Assembly (NCBI RefSeq): GCF_009914755.1
Contig: NC_060932.1
Length of the DNA stretch: 64,000 nt
DNA from: the human T2T-CHM13v2.0 reference genome, Homo sapiens
Strand: one strand, 5' to 3'
A program made the translations under genes and the position numbers. Under the pieces are notes generated by a model. That model searched no databases. It worked only from the letters and a program-made list of their open reading frames with translations, and was not told the origin of the DNA. This document shows, piece after piece, positions 11,499 through 23,677 of this stretch (the stretch's first letter is position 1; every line of letters begins with the position of its first letter).

Positions 11499-12117
11499 GT
11501 CATGGCTTCTACTAAACCTTAAGTAAGTCCATTTAATAGCCAACCAGCAGAGACCTTGCAGGAACTAGGACACAGGATACAGCTAGAGGAAGCTTCCTAT
11601 GGAAACAAAAGCTGGTCTGCCTCATATATAATATGATCAAATATTATATTGACAAATAGGAAAGCTTAATTCTTTGCTCACCTGCATTATTAGTAGTGCT
11701 ACAATATTATTAACAACATTGGCATTTTGAAGGGTTGAATAAAAATCACCTCTTCCCTTGGCTGCTTCCTGCTCCCAGGTTCTGTTTAATGTGAGAAATA
11801 TGACAACAGCATGAGAACATGGAGCACCAAAATCAAGTATAAAAGAGACCTAGCCCAGAGTGAGAATGAAAGTGAAAATATGCTTGTTCCTCCCCTCCCC
11901 TCCCATATAGACCTTGGAACTGCCCACCTGAGTGAAAATTCCAGTACACAGAGCAGACCCACTTACCTAGGTCTCCGCCTCCCATTGGTCTTTGTGAGAA
12001 AGAAGAAGAAAAAGATCCAATCCCTGTGTTGGGGATCGTTGCTGGATCAGCCCCTCCCAGGTGAAGAACATAAAGCAGTGGCTATTGCTCTCTAAATAGG
12101 GAATAGCACTTCACACT

Positions 12118-12244
12118 ACGGGCAGGGGACAAGGGCGTGGCAAAGGACTCAGAGTGATTAGGGAACATGAGCCTTATGGAAACCAAAGGACCCTGGAAAG
12201 TAGTAATAGTCGTTGCTGACATTCATTAATAGCTTACTATGAGT
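12118..12244 (+). repeat. Inverted repeat arm 1 (donor), 127 bp
   Basis: 120/127 identical, no indels, to the reverse complement of 13984-14110 (hand alignment). Confidence 0.95.
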
Positions 12245-12715
12245 AAGTTACTCTTTTTTGTGCTTTATATATATATTTACTTTTTAATTTTAATTCTAAT
12301 TTTTTTAGATACAGTCTCACTCTGTCATCCAGGCTGGAGTACAGTGGCACAATCTCAGCAACCTCCTCGTCTCGGGTTCAAGGGATTCTCCCACCTCAGG
12401 CTCCTGAGTAGCTGGGATTACAGGCATGTGTCACCACGCCAGGCTAATTTTCATATTTTTAGTAGAGATAGGTTTCGCCACGTTGCCTGGGCTGTTCTCA
12501 AACTCCTGGCTTCAAATGATCTGCCCGCCTGAGCCTCCCAAAGTGCTGGGATTATAGGCATGAGCCCCCGCACCCAGCCCTATATTTGCTTTTTAAATAC
12601 TTATTTAAAAATCTATTGGGTGAATGTGTCATTAAATCCATTTTGCAGATGGGGAGACTGAAAATAGGAAGTTATAAATAGTTCCTGCACAAGGTTGGAA
12701 GTGGAACTACTGAAG
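12200..12715 (-). mobile_element. MIR interrupted by an Alu
   Basis: MIR 3' end 'gtaatagtcgttgctgacattcattaatagcttactatg' resumes after the Alu as 'ccattttgcagatggggagactgaaa'. Confidence 0.7.
12288..12580 (-). mobile_element. Alu (AluJb-like)
   Basis: Full dimer in reverse; TSD tatatttactttttaa / tatatttgctttttaa. Confidence 0.9.
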
Positions 12716-13983
12716 AAATTCCAACAGTCTCAACTTTTACAGCAAGTTGAATGATATAAATTACCTTATATAAATCATGGAAACAAAGTAAAAGTTTCTT
12801 ATTAACGGCAAGTGCCAATTTGAAAAATCTGCAGAAAATGAAATTAATACTTTGATTCAATGTGGAATAAACTTTTACTTTGTTGAGAGTATTTTATGAA
12901 TTTTTGGATGTTCTTTTGTCTTCCTTCTTCATGGCAAAAATTAATTTATTAATTATAGGTATAAATATTCTCAAGTATCATTTCTGTTGTCAAACCCATA
13001 AGAAATTTGTGAAAAGACTAGAAAACCTTTGAGGAAAGGGTCTTCGTACTCACTTTTCTATTCCCAGTGTCCAGAATATACTTCATAATGTTTGTTGAAA
13101 CGATAAGAAATATTTTCTAAAAATTAGAGCTTTTTAGGGAGTTCATCTCCACAGGTAGCCCCCAAAATAATTGTTTTCTCTGTTGAGGCTAATCTAGCTG
13201 CTACCTACTTAAGATTTCAGCTGGAATCAATGCAGGTCCTTCTGTTATAATTGATTGAACACCATGTCTGAGGCCTCAGACTTGCCTAACCTTCAATTCC
13301 CCTTATTGCCCTAGTTTTATTGCTGCTAGAACAACTCTCTCTATGTGTCCCCCCACTGAGAGTGCTCTCACATAATTTAGCTCTCCCTTCCCAGAACTAC
13401 GAGTGCTGAAAACTGGAAATAATCTTGTCTGGGGCATGTGAATATATGTGGCTCATGAGAAATCAACTGAGCTGGGAATATCCACTCAGGCTGTAACTTT
13501 AAATCCACTGTGTGCTAAGAAAAACAAGCCTTCTTGGTAGGGTGAAGGCGCATTTGCTAACACAGCCATTATTTCCCCAAATTTCTGACTCCTATCCAAG
13601 TAAACCCACTCTCTTCTGATATATGATATTGTCCTAAGAAATTTGCAACATTACAATCTGGTACATCTCTAAGTGTCTTTAGGGTATTCTTTGTCTCTCT
13701 GTCTATTTCTTGGCTTTTTCCTAGAAGTCAGACGGATATAAATACTCAAAGCAGAACTCCTTGGGAAAGCTTTCCATGACCAGACTTGTGGGAAAGTTTA
13801 GGGCCAAGCACTATTAAAGAAATGATAATTCTCCTCATACACCCTTTGAAGGATGCAATCCCAAAGGAATAGGATTTGTATCCTAACCCTCCTAAACCAC
13901 ATTTCTAGCTCTAGTTCCAGAAAAAGCAGAATCAATCTCTCTCTCTCTCTTTCTCTGTGTGTGTGTGTGTGTTGCACACACAC

Positions 13984-14110
13984 ACTCATAATAAGCTATT
14001 AATGAATGCCAGCAATGACTATTACTGCTTTCCAGGATCCTTTGGTTTCCATAAGGCTCATGTTCCCTAATCACTCTGAGCCCTTTGCCATGCCCTTGTC
14101 CCCTGCCCGT
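13984..14110 (-). repeat. Inverted repeat arm 2 (inserted copy), 127 bp
   Basis: Reverse complement of 12118-12244, embedded in a (CT)n(GT)n...(GT)n(GC)n microsatellite. Confidence 0.95.
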
Positions 14111-14146
14111 GTGTGTGTGTGTGTGCGCGCGCGCGCGCGCGTGTGT
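14109..14146. repeat. (GT)n(GC)n alternating purine-pyrimidine tract
   Basis: gtgtgtgtgtgtgtgtgcgcgcgcgcgcgcgcgtgtgt. Confidence 0.9.
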
Positions 14147-14261
14147 TTCTGGTCCTCCAGTAAGCAAAATTCCTTCGGCATAGAACCTCTCCGCGTAGGT
14201 TTTACTCACTGCTATCCAAAGAAACCTTATACAGGTACAGCCTTGTTTGTGACTATGTAGC

Positions 14262-14747
14262 TATAGAGGAGGAAAAACATCTTTTCCTTCTACTCATCTT
14301 AACGTGCATTGGCTGGTACTCCTGTAACAAAAGAGATTAACAAGAGAAAAGCATGCACATTTATTTAAGTTTTATGTGACATGGGAGTTTTCATAAGGAA
14401 ATGAAGACGCAAAGAAACAGTTTAACCTGAGAGTTTTTATTCTAGGTTTAATGAAAAGTGGAAAGTTATGGGAAAATGTGATAGCATAAAGGGTATGAGT
14501 AAACTGGGGAAAACTGAGCAAAATCCCTTCATTCAGTTCTTGTCTGTGTCCCTGTGTCTTCAGAGAGAAGGCTGCTCCTTTCATCTGGGTATAGGGAGGG
14601 CACCTTTCACATGAGGTTGTTATGATCTGCTTCATGGGAAGGTCAGAAGACACTTCCCACTCATGATATTTCTCAAATTCCTTCCACCTAAAATATTACA
14701 TATGCCACTGTGTCATATTTTGGGGGTAGCGTGTCCTGAACTCATCA
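14262..14747 (-). mobile_element. ERV1 MER4-group solo LTR (MER31-like)
   Basis: Reverse starts 'tgatgagttcaggacacgctacccccaaaatatg...aaggaatttgagaaa'; TSD tagc/cagc. Confidence 0.7.
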
Positions 14748-15270
14748 CAGCTTATCTCTGAAATATCCTGTGTTGTGTTTCTAAAAGTTAAGCTGTGTGG
14801 GCATCTGGAAGAAAATTTTACATGAGATTCATTGGCCATAATGCCAGATTAAAGATTTCTTCTTAGATTGGTAAATTTAAATATTGCTTGGCTTTGCATC
14901 CTCACATTCACTCTTCTAACTACGCTATTATGATGAATTTTCTTTAATCCCAAGTAGGAAAATGAAAATTTTTTCCCAAGAACTTAATCATGGAAAACTT
15001 ACAGATGCACATTCTAAATATGCATTTTGATCATACAAATAATTTCATCTCATCTCCTTTAGTGTCTTAAAAAGGTAACCTGTCTGCTTCCTGCTCAAGC
15101 ACAAAACTTACAGATTAAAAGACAAAAGAAATGCTAAAGCTGGCCTGGTCTCTTACAGGTCTGCTTTAAAAGGCTAGAGAAAAAGAGCAATGGGTAATAC
15201 AAGAAACCTGGGATTTAGAAACCGTCAGGTGGCTGCAACTGTTAACTTTACACCAACCTTCCAAAAATTC

Positions 15271-15728
15271 TAAGGAGAATTTTTGCTCCTTAGTTCAGCT
15301 AAATCCAGGTTCTTATATCAAGAACTGGAAAATTTAGGCACGTGGACACATTGAAGGGTGTGGGGAACAGAATTTACTGGGCAAAAAGGAAAAAAAGAAA
15401 AAAACTCTCAAGAAAGCGAGAGGGGATCCTGCCAATAGGCCCCCACCTCACAGATTGATTCCAGGCCACGCACAGGAAAACTGAAGAGACCAGACTCCTC
15501 CCCATTGAACAAGGCGCAACTTTCTGTGGCTCGACCCCGTTTCCCCGGTGCGCATGTGGGCCTTATTCTGAAAGAATCGGCTGGGAAAGGGCGGGCAAAC
15601 AGGGGCAGTTCTCCCTCTGGGTTGTGGGTTTCATCCAGGACCAGCAGCTGGTTTTTCAGCCTGCAGGGCGTTTTAGGCTTGAAGGCAGGGTTTCTCCGGG
15701 GACCCTTGGCTGTCTCCTGTTTCTATCA
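15271..15728 (-). mobile_element. ERV1 solo LTR (MER61-like)
   Basis: Reverse starts 'tgatagaaacaggagacagccaagggtccccgg' and ends 'gctgaactaaggagcaaaaatt'. Confidence 0.7.
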
Positions 15729-17140
15729 GTGGCATAGTTGCTAACTCCAGTTCTACCAGCAAACTGTCTGCAGGAATACAACCAGAAATGTTATACCTGA
15801 CCCTTCTCTTTTCTCGCCTGTAGATAATTGGTCAGAACATTTTAATTACCTCTGTAAGATAGCGTTTTTCTTCCCATTCACACCCTCAGTCCAAGCCTGT
15901 TTCGGCAGCCCATTTTCTGATCACTGCTTCCCACTGGTGCTGGGTCAAATCTTCTTTCATGGAATTGGCAGTAATTTTCCCCAAACATAATAAAACTAAC
16001 CGTGTGACTTCACTGACCAATAAAAGCTTTTAGTAACCTGTAGTCAATGCATGTTTTGCACCTTAATTTGAGGAGCTTGCATATCTCCGGAAACAAAGTG
16101 AGTGTACCCAGAGAGTCTGGCTAAGAGCCTGGGATGACTTTGCGGAATGTCAGTTCAGCCAAAATTCAAAACCAATATATACTTCTTTCCTCTCATGTAC
16201 TAAGCACAATAAATTTTACTCAATAAGTTGTAATCTCATAGATTGTTATATTAAAAACCAAGCGAAATTTTAAGATAAAACATGATTGCAGATAAATTTG
16301 ACATTTTTCATTGAGAAGCTGCAGGCTACACTCTCAAGACTCAAAGCCATCAAGCACTGATGTATACTTCCTCCTCTAGGAGGCGTACTTTGGGAAATCA
16401 TAAACTCAAATTCCACCACTGGGACCTCAGTTCTTCCAAACACGACTCTAAATTAGCATTCCATTGTCATCCAACAGCTTTGCTCTGTTTTTTCAGATGC
16501 CCCAGAACCTTTCAAATGTTAAGTCCCCATAGATATTCTTTACTTAATGCACATTCATTCAACATTCATTTAAATACCACTTCTGTGGGGACTACCTTTG
16601 ACTCCCTCAGTCAAATTGGATGCTTGCCTTTTGTGTGACAGAAAAAAACTTCATCACAATTTCTCTGCAAATGCATGTCAGAAAAATTGTGACAGATTCG
16701 AAATGAGGGAGGGGGAGATTGCTGGCAACCTTTATAGTGTACCCATCTGCAATCTCTGTGCTTGTCATTGTTTTTGAAGGATTTAAAACTCATAATAATG
16801 TGAATGATTCTTTTCAGTTGAAATACAAACAAATTGGGTCCCTGTGGAATGCAGTTGGTTATTGTCCTGTAGATAGATCACTTCTGTCTTTATTTAAAAT
16901 TTTGTTTTAGCATTCCTTATTCCCTACATTTGTGTCATTAAAAAGAACTACTCTGAACTGGTTCTAACATTTGATTCCATTATTAATTAATGAATTTAAT
17001 AGAATCTTCATGTGTTTTATATTTTTTGAGAAGAATGCTTTTACCCTTAAAAAATGTTATCTTTTAACACCCTTATAACCTTAGTATCATTACTATCTAT
17101 TCTGCTCAATTGCAGTTTCCTGGAGGGGTTGACATAATAA

Positions 17141-20100
17141 TGTTGGGCTCAGAAATTGTTACCCCAAAATATGATGTTTTGACATGCTAAGCTGAAGAAG
17201 CTTCAAGGTCTCTCTGACCTAATCTCCACATGATCTCACCCAAAGAAGCTGAAGTTCCTTTATCTGCCTAAAATCCAGACCCACCAAGGAGAATAATTTG
17301 TCTTTTTCTTTCCCTCCCCATTATCTCATTATCTACTGCAGAAAAGAAGCTGTGACCATACCTGCACAGACCTTTTTATGAGGATAATTACTGTCTCTAC
17401 AGATCAGTTAATCTCTGTTCCCCAATCCAGTCATTCTCCCTTGCAATCATTTATTGCCCATCAGTAAAATTCCTCTTCCCCCTCCACCGTTCCCATAACC
17501 TGTTTTACCAGGATGCGAGCCCCCATTCTTTTGTAACCTCAAGTTTCTGTAACTCATGAAGAAGTTGGGTCTTCATTCTGAAGGCTCCTGTGTATACATG
17601 CTAAATAGATTTACATGCCTTTTCCCCTATTAATTTATCTGCTTCATGTCAGTGATTTTTTTTTCAGTGAAACTTCAAGGGACCAAGAGCCTATGGCCAC
17701 CACAGTATAGTGCAGTGAGCAGGGTAATCAAAGCTGCTCTTCTCTTCTATAAGCTGCAGTAAAGAGAACCCAGGAACCTGACCTGCCAGCAAAGGGATAA
17801 GAATTTCTTACCAGCCAGTCTCCTGACCTCTCTCTCTCTTTGCATTCCAGTTGAGTGGATGGGAAAAAATCATTGTTTGTCTCATCTGCAATGATTTTAT
17901 TAATGAGAAAAAAGGATTTGTGTGATGAGTCTTGGGTTATAGTGACTCCAGTGTACTTTCAGTACTGTGAGGTATGAATATTCACATTCTTCGACCCCCC
18001 CTTTCCTCTCAGAAATAGGTGATTTGTTGTTGTTGTTGTTGTTGCCATTTTCCTTTGTCTTTGTCTTTCTGTGTTGTTCTGTCGTGAAGATGGGTACCAT
18101 AGTGTAGAACATGGGCCTAGAACCCCTATAAGCCCATTGTTTCAGCCAGCCCTGAAGATTGGCTGGTTTGGTGGTTCTGGCTAGATGGGTGTCTATTAAA
18201 ACAAACTTTGCTATGGGTCCCTGTAATACAGATGAGGTTTTCCTTTTATCCTGTCTTATGTCCTTGAGAGCATGACTGACTAAGTGGGGGTCCTCTCTTA
18301 GTCTCCATCATCCAAAGGGTGTGATTTTTCAGGTTCACATTAGGCAGCCAGTCTGAAAGATTGCAAACCGAGGCATGTAATATTTTAAGCAGCACACTCT
18401 TCATTCTGAATGTATGAAGCTTTTAGGTGAGTTTTGTCTTAAAAAGTCCCAACCCTATGGGGTTTTTGTCATCTTTGCTATGTTGAGTCTATTTCCGAGA
18501 ATGAATTTGTGGAGATCATGGGGATCGCCTCCTCTACACCCTCTCCGGGAACAACTGTTGCTTACATGGTAAAAACCTGGAAAATTACCACCTGGGCTTT
18601 ACATGAAGAGGCTTTTGGATAAAGTCACTATTGGAATTAAGTATGTCATTGAAAATTCTAATTGTCAGTGGCCAAAAGATAAATTTTAAAAGATTTTAGA
18701 GATTTTTTTTAATTGGAAAGAATTAATGGGAAAATACATTTTAAAAGGACACATAATGGTGTCACAGTTAGCCTTGAGAATTCTCTGACTAAATTAAAAG
18801 AGAAAAAAAAATCTGACCTAAAACAAAGTTAAAATCCTTTGCAAATTGAAACTGTCTGCTCTGGATTTCTTCTGGGAAGAACAATAAAGACCACCTCATG
18901 TTGTAACCTAGTAGCCAAGGTCTGCCCTTTTACCACAGCAGCCTGGATTAAACTTCTGGCAAGGGACTTAGTGCTTTCTGGATTGACGTTTGTGTTACCT
19001 TCCCAAAATTTATTGATTATTTTCCCTTCCATGGACAGATTTTGATTTCCTGTCTTTCATCTGTGGGGGCATATGAGGCATTTTGGCTTCTGTATGTAGA
19101 AAATGAGCTGAGCAGCTGAGACTCCAGAGACTGGCCAAACAGAAATGTGAGTCACACTCCATTTATGGCTACCAAAATTTTCCTTTCTTTGAGCTATCTT
19201 TGGGGTAATTTTATATCTTGTAAAAAGTGTTTGCCACCTCTTTGAAGACACCTTATGCTTAAGTTATAACCTCGATTATGGTACTTGGGAGGATGTCATT
19301 GGTTAAAAAAAAAAATGTTTAAAAGCCAGAAATATCAGCTGTTTATCCTCACTAAAATCTGGTAATAAAAAATTCAAAAGGATTTTTCTTACTTGGACTC
19401 AATGGAATTGCTACTACCTTTTTCCTGAGGCCCTATAAGCTAAAGCTTAAACTTTTTGAAACAGGCAAAAAAAATCTTGTCAGATTGCCATTGCTGGCTT
19501 CCTCTTTAACTGGGCTTTGAGTCTAACATCTGGACACCTCAACTGACTGCCCTGCAGACTGTAAGGAAACTGGTTTATAGACTGTTTCCAAAATTAACCT
19601 GTTTTTCTTCTGTTTGAAAGCCCATCTGCAATGCTATCTCCTAAAATGAAAGAGGTGTTTAATTGACCTATTCACAGATTGGTTAAATAGAATTATTTGC
19701 CATTCATATTTTAGCTTAACTTTTCTCTTCCACAGCCACTAACTCAGCTTTTAGTTTGTGAAACTCCTAGGGAAGTTTCAGATGGGAGAATGTTGGGGCT
19801 CAGAAATTCATATACCAAAATATGGCATTTTGACATGCTGAGCTGAAGAAGCCTGAAGATCTCTTTGGCCTCTCACCACCACTGTCTCTCCCAAATAAAC
19901 TGAAGTTCCTTTATCTGCTTAGGATCCAGACCTACCAATGAGAACTATTGTGTTTTCTTCCCATCTCTGTTATCTCATTATCTATTGCAGAAAAGAAGGC
20001 CAAGATGTGACCAATACCTGAACAGACCTTTTAATAAGAACAATGATTGTCTCCAAGGATCATTTAAATTTCAAAGAAAACTATTTACAAAGTTAATCTC

Positions 20101-20387
20101 TGTTCCCTGATCCAATCATTCTCCTTCACAGTCATTTATTGCCCCTCAATAGAATTTCTCTTCTCCTTCTTCCTATATCCTGTCTTACCAGGATGCAAGC
20201 CCCCATTCGTTCTGCAAACTCAAGATGGTATATAAGTTTCTGTAACTCATGGAGAAGCTGGGTCTTCATTTTGAATGCTCCTGTGTATACATGTTAAATA
20301 AATTTATATGCCTTTTCTCCTCTTAATTAATCTGCATCATGTCCATGATTTTTCAGCAAAACTTTAGCAGGGCCTATGGCTCCCAAG
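17141..20387 (+). mobile_element. Internally deleted ERV1 (MER4-group, LTR49-like) provirus with two LTRs: 17141-17704 and 19791-20387
   Basis: Two direct repeats starting tgttggg(g)ctcagaaatt; purine tract 'gatgggagaa' before the 3' LTR; degenerate PBS region after the 5' LTR; TSD ataa/gtaa; about 2.1 kb non-coding internal sequence. Confidence 0.85.
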
Positions 20388-20478
20388 GTAAGTATTGAAA
20401 AAAATGTGAAATACAAAATGTAAATGTGCTGTTTTGTACTTTTGGATGTGGCCTGAAATAAGGAAAGTCAGTAAACTA

Positions 20479-20662
20479 AGTGATTTCTTATACTTTCAAA
20501 AGTATAGACCTCTTTTGAAAATTTGTTGTAAGTTTGAAACTTCTTACCAGAAAAGTGCACGTATGTGCAGACGAACACAATGTGATGCATATGATTTTAG
20601 CAATTGAATGGCATTTCCAAGTTCATTCAAGCCCTATCCCCATACTCCTGTTAAAAACTGCT
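20479..20662. mobile_element. Charlie4z-like hAT MITE
   Basis: 'gacctcttttgaaa...ccagaaaagtgcacgtatg...gttaaaaactg'. Confidence 0.55.
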
Positions 20663-20798
20663 TTAAATGCTGTGAGTTTTGCAAGCTCTATAAAGTAAAC
20701 CACATTTTGAATCCCTCATCCTCACTTTTATCTCTTTAGCTAAGAAAAACAATTTAACAAAAATAAAACAGCAGCTTTTGTTTCACTGAAAATCATTG

Positions 20799-21416
20799 TG
20801 TTGTAGGAGTTATTAAGAAATTATTTTAGGCAGATAGAAAAGAAAAGGGATCCTTGGGAAGTTTTCATTTTTAAAGCAGCTCCAGAATTGGAATGCCCTG
20901 GCTCTTAGAGCGGCTGGCAACCTTTGATAGGCAAATGCAAGCCATTAGAAACTGCGTCTACCCAAACATGGTGATTCCCGTGGCCTTCTTGCCCTTGCCC
21001 CACATGTTCCTGGCAACATGGCCGCTCCCACATATACCCACCATTTGTAGAACATCGTGGCGCCCTGCATTTGCATATTAAATGCTAGGGTGGGAGGGCC
21101 AGCTTTTTCAGGCCCCGTGAATTACAGGCCTGGTCAAACCAATCCCCTGAGCCCTATGCAAATCAGACACCACCTCCTCCAGCCTCTACATATACCTGGC
21201 TGGTATCCACTGCACTTGGGATTTCCTCTTTTGGCTTTGGAGGCCCCCTCCCTCTGTCTTTGTATCGGGGAGCCTTTTCCTTCTGCCTTCTCTTTTCTTC
21301 TTGCCTATTAAACTGTCTGCTCCTTAAAACCACTCCACGTATGTCTGTGTTGTTTTATCTAAACTGGCATGAAGACCAAGAACCCTGGTGTTCCTCCACT
21401 CATCGGAGCCATATCA
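20799..21416 (+). mobile_element. ERV1 solo LTR (LTR9B-like)
   Basis: 'tgttgtaggagttattaagaaattattttaggcagatag...ggagccatatca'; two octamer motifs. Confidence 0.7.
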
Positions 21417-21535
21417 CTGGGGTTATAGTAGGAATGGTAACAAACATAATTTTCTGTTTTTAGCAGAGAAACTTTTTAATATTCTTATTTTCAGTCAGTT
21501 CTTTTACCATTGCTTAACACGAAAAGAATAATTAC

Positions 21536-21890
<355 letters not shown>

Positions 21891-21989
21891 TTATGGATAT
21901 AAAACGATACAAAGAGCTACAGCTTTTGGCAAAGAATAAAATGCCCCAGATAGAAGGGACTAGAGACATTTTTCTAAAGTATCTTTCTT

Positions 21990-22306
<317 letters not shown>

Positions 22307-23019
22307 AAAAAGTCTCATTTTTATAAGTAGTAACATATTAGGGTTTCTATGTACACTGCTGTGGAAAATTATATAATCTATCAAAGAAGAAAATAAAAGT
22401 CTAATCTCCTAGCTAACTTAGAATACAGGCTCTCTTCGATGTTTTTACCTCATCATGATATTCTTACCTATAGAAATGAATATGTAGTGTTCTAGCAATA
22501 GTCTTAACCAACACAATTGAATAGTAACTGAGAGTCTTGATTATTTTCCTTATTTTCAAAGAGAACACTAGGTATTTTGGTAGAGTACAATAAACAACGT
22601 CCATTCTTTTTAGTTGTGAAGAAATTCTGTAGTGTTAATACATTATTTATTTGGTGGTGTTACCTCATATTTCTTCTGATTGCAAATATTGGATGTTATC
22701 CCGACTGTGGCATCATTCTCTGCTCTGGAGTTAACTTTTATGGAATCTGTGGAACTGACTAGAAACAGTTAAAGGTAGGGTGAATACAACAGTTCTTCTT
22801 GGGGAAAATCATGTCCAGGACACAAACACCATTAAAGCATTTTAGAAGTCGTTTATTGAATTTACTGCTATGACCCAATTATAAGAACTTCAGCAAAATC
22901 TGTAGATTTAGAGTTTATTAAATCATATATTTTAGTAAAACCTACTTTAGTTTTTGTTGCATTTTCTTAAGTTCAAATCTACTACTCACTGAGTTCTGAT
23001 TAAGTTGCTATGGTCATTA

Positions 23020-23677
23020 TGTGTCTGGAATTTGTGGGTTCTTGGTCTTGCTGACTTCAAGAATGAAGCCACGGACTCTCAAACCGAGTGTTACAGTTCT
23101 TAAAGGCAGTGTGTCTGGAGTTGCTCATTCCCTCCGGTGGGTTCATGGTCTCACTGGCCTCAGGAGTGAAGCTGCAGACCTCTGCGGTGAGTGTTACAAC
23201 TCACAGCTCATAAAGGCAGCCCCACCCAGAGAGTGAGCTGCAGCAAGATTTATAGCAAAAAGCAGAAGAACAAAGCTTCCACAGCGTGGAAGGGGATGCG
23301 AGCAGGTTACCCCTGCTGGCTCACCTCTGCTTGCTCACCCCTGCTGACTCAGGCAGTATGCTTTTATTCCCTTGTCTGACTCCACCCACATCCTGCTGAT
23401 TGGTCCATTTTACAGAGAGCTGATTGGTCCATTTTACAGAGAGCTGATTGGTCCGTTTTACAGAGAGCTGATTGGTCCGTTTACAATCCTTTACCTAGCC
23501 GCAAAAGTTCTCCAAGTCCCCAGTAGATTAGCTAGACACAGAGCACTGATTGGTGCATTTACAAACCTTGAGCTAGACACAGTTACGTTTACAAACCTTG
23601 AGCTAGACACAGAGTGCTGATCGGTGCATTTACAAATCTTGAGCTTGACACAAAGTGCTGATTGGTGCAATTACAAT
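23020..23677 (-). mobile_element. LTR12 (ERV9) solo LTR, 5'-truncated
   Basis: 'tgtgtctggaatttgtgggttcttggtcttgctgacttcaagaatgaagcc', 24-bp 'ctgattggtccattttacagagag' repeats and 'gctagacacagag..ctgattggtgcatttaca' repeats. Confidence 0.92.

Noticed and set aside
23395-23677. Regularly spaced direct repeats resembling a CRISPR array
   Set aside because: These are the standard LTR12 tandem CCAAT repeats; no unique spacers, no cas genes, eukaryotic context.
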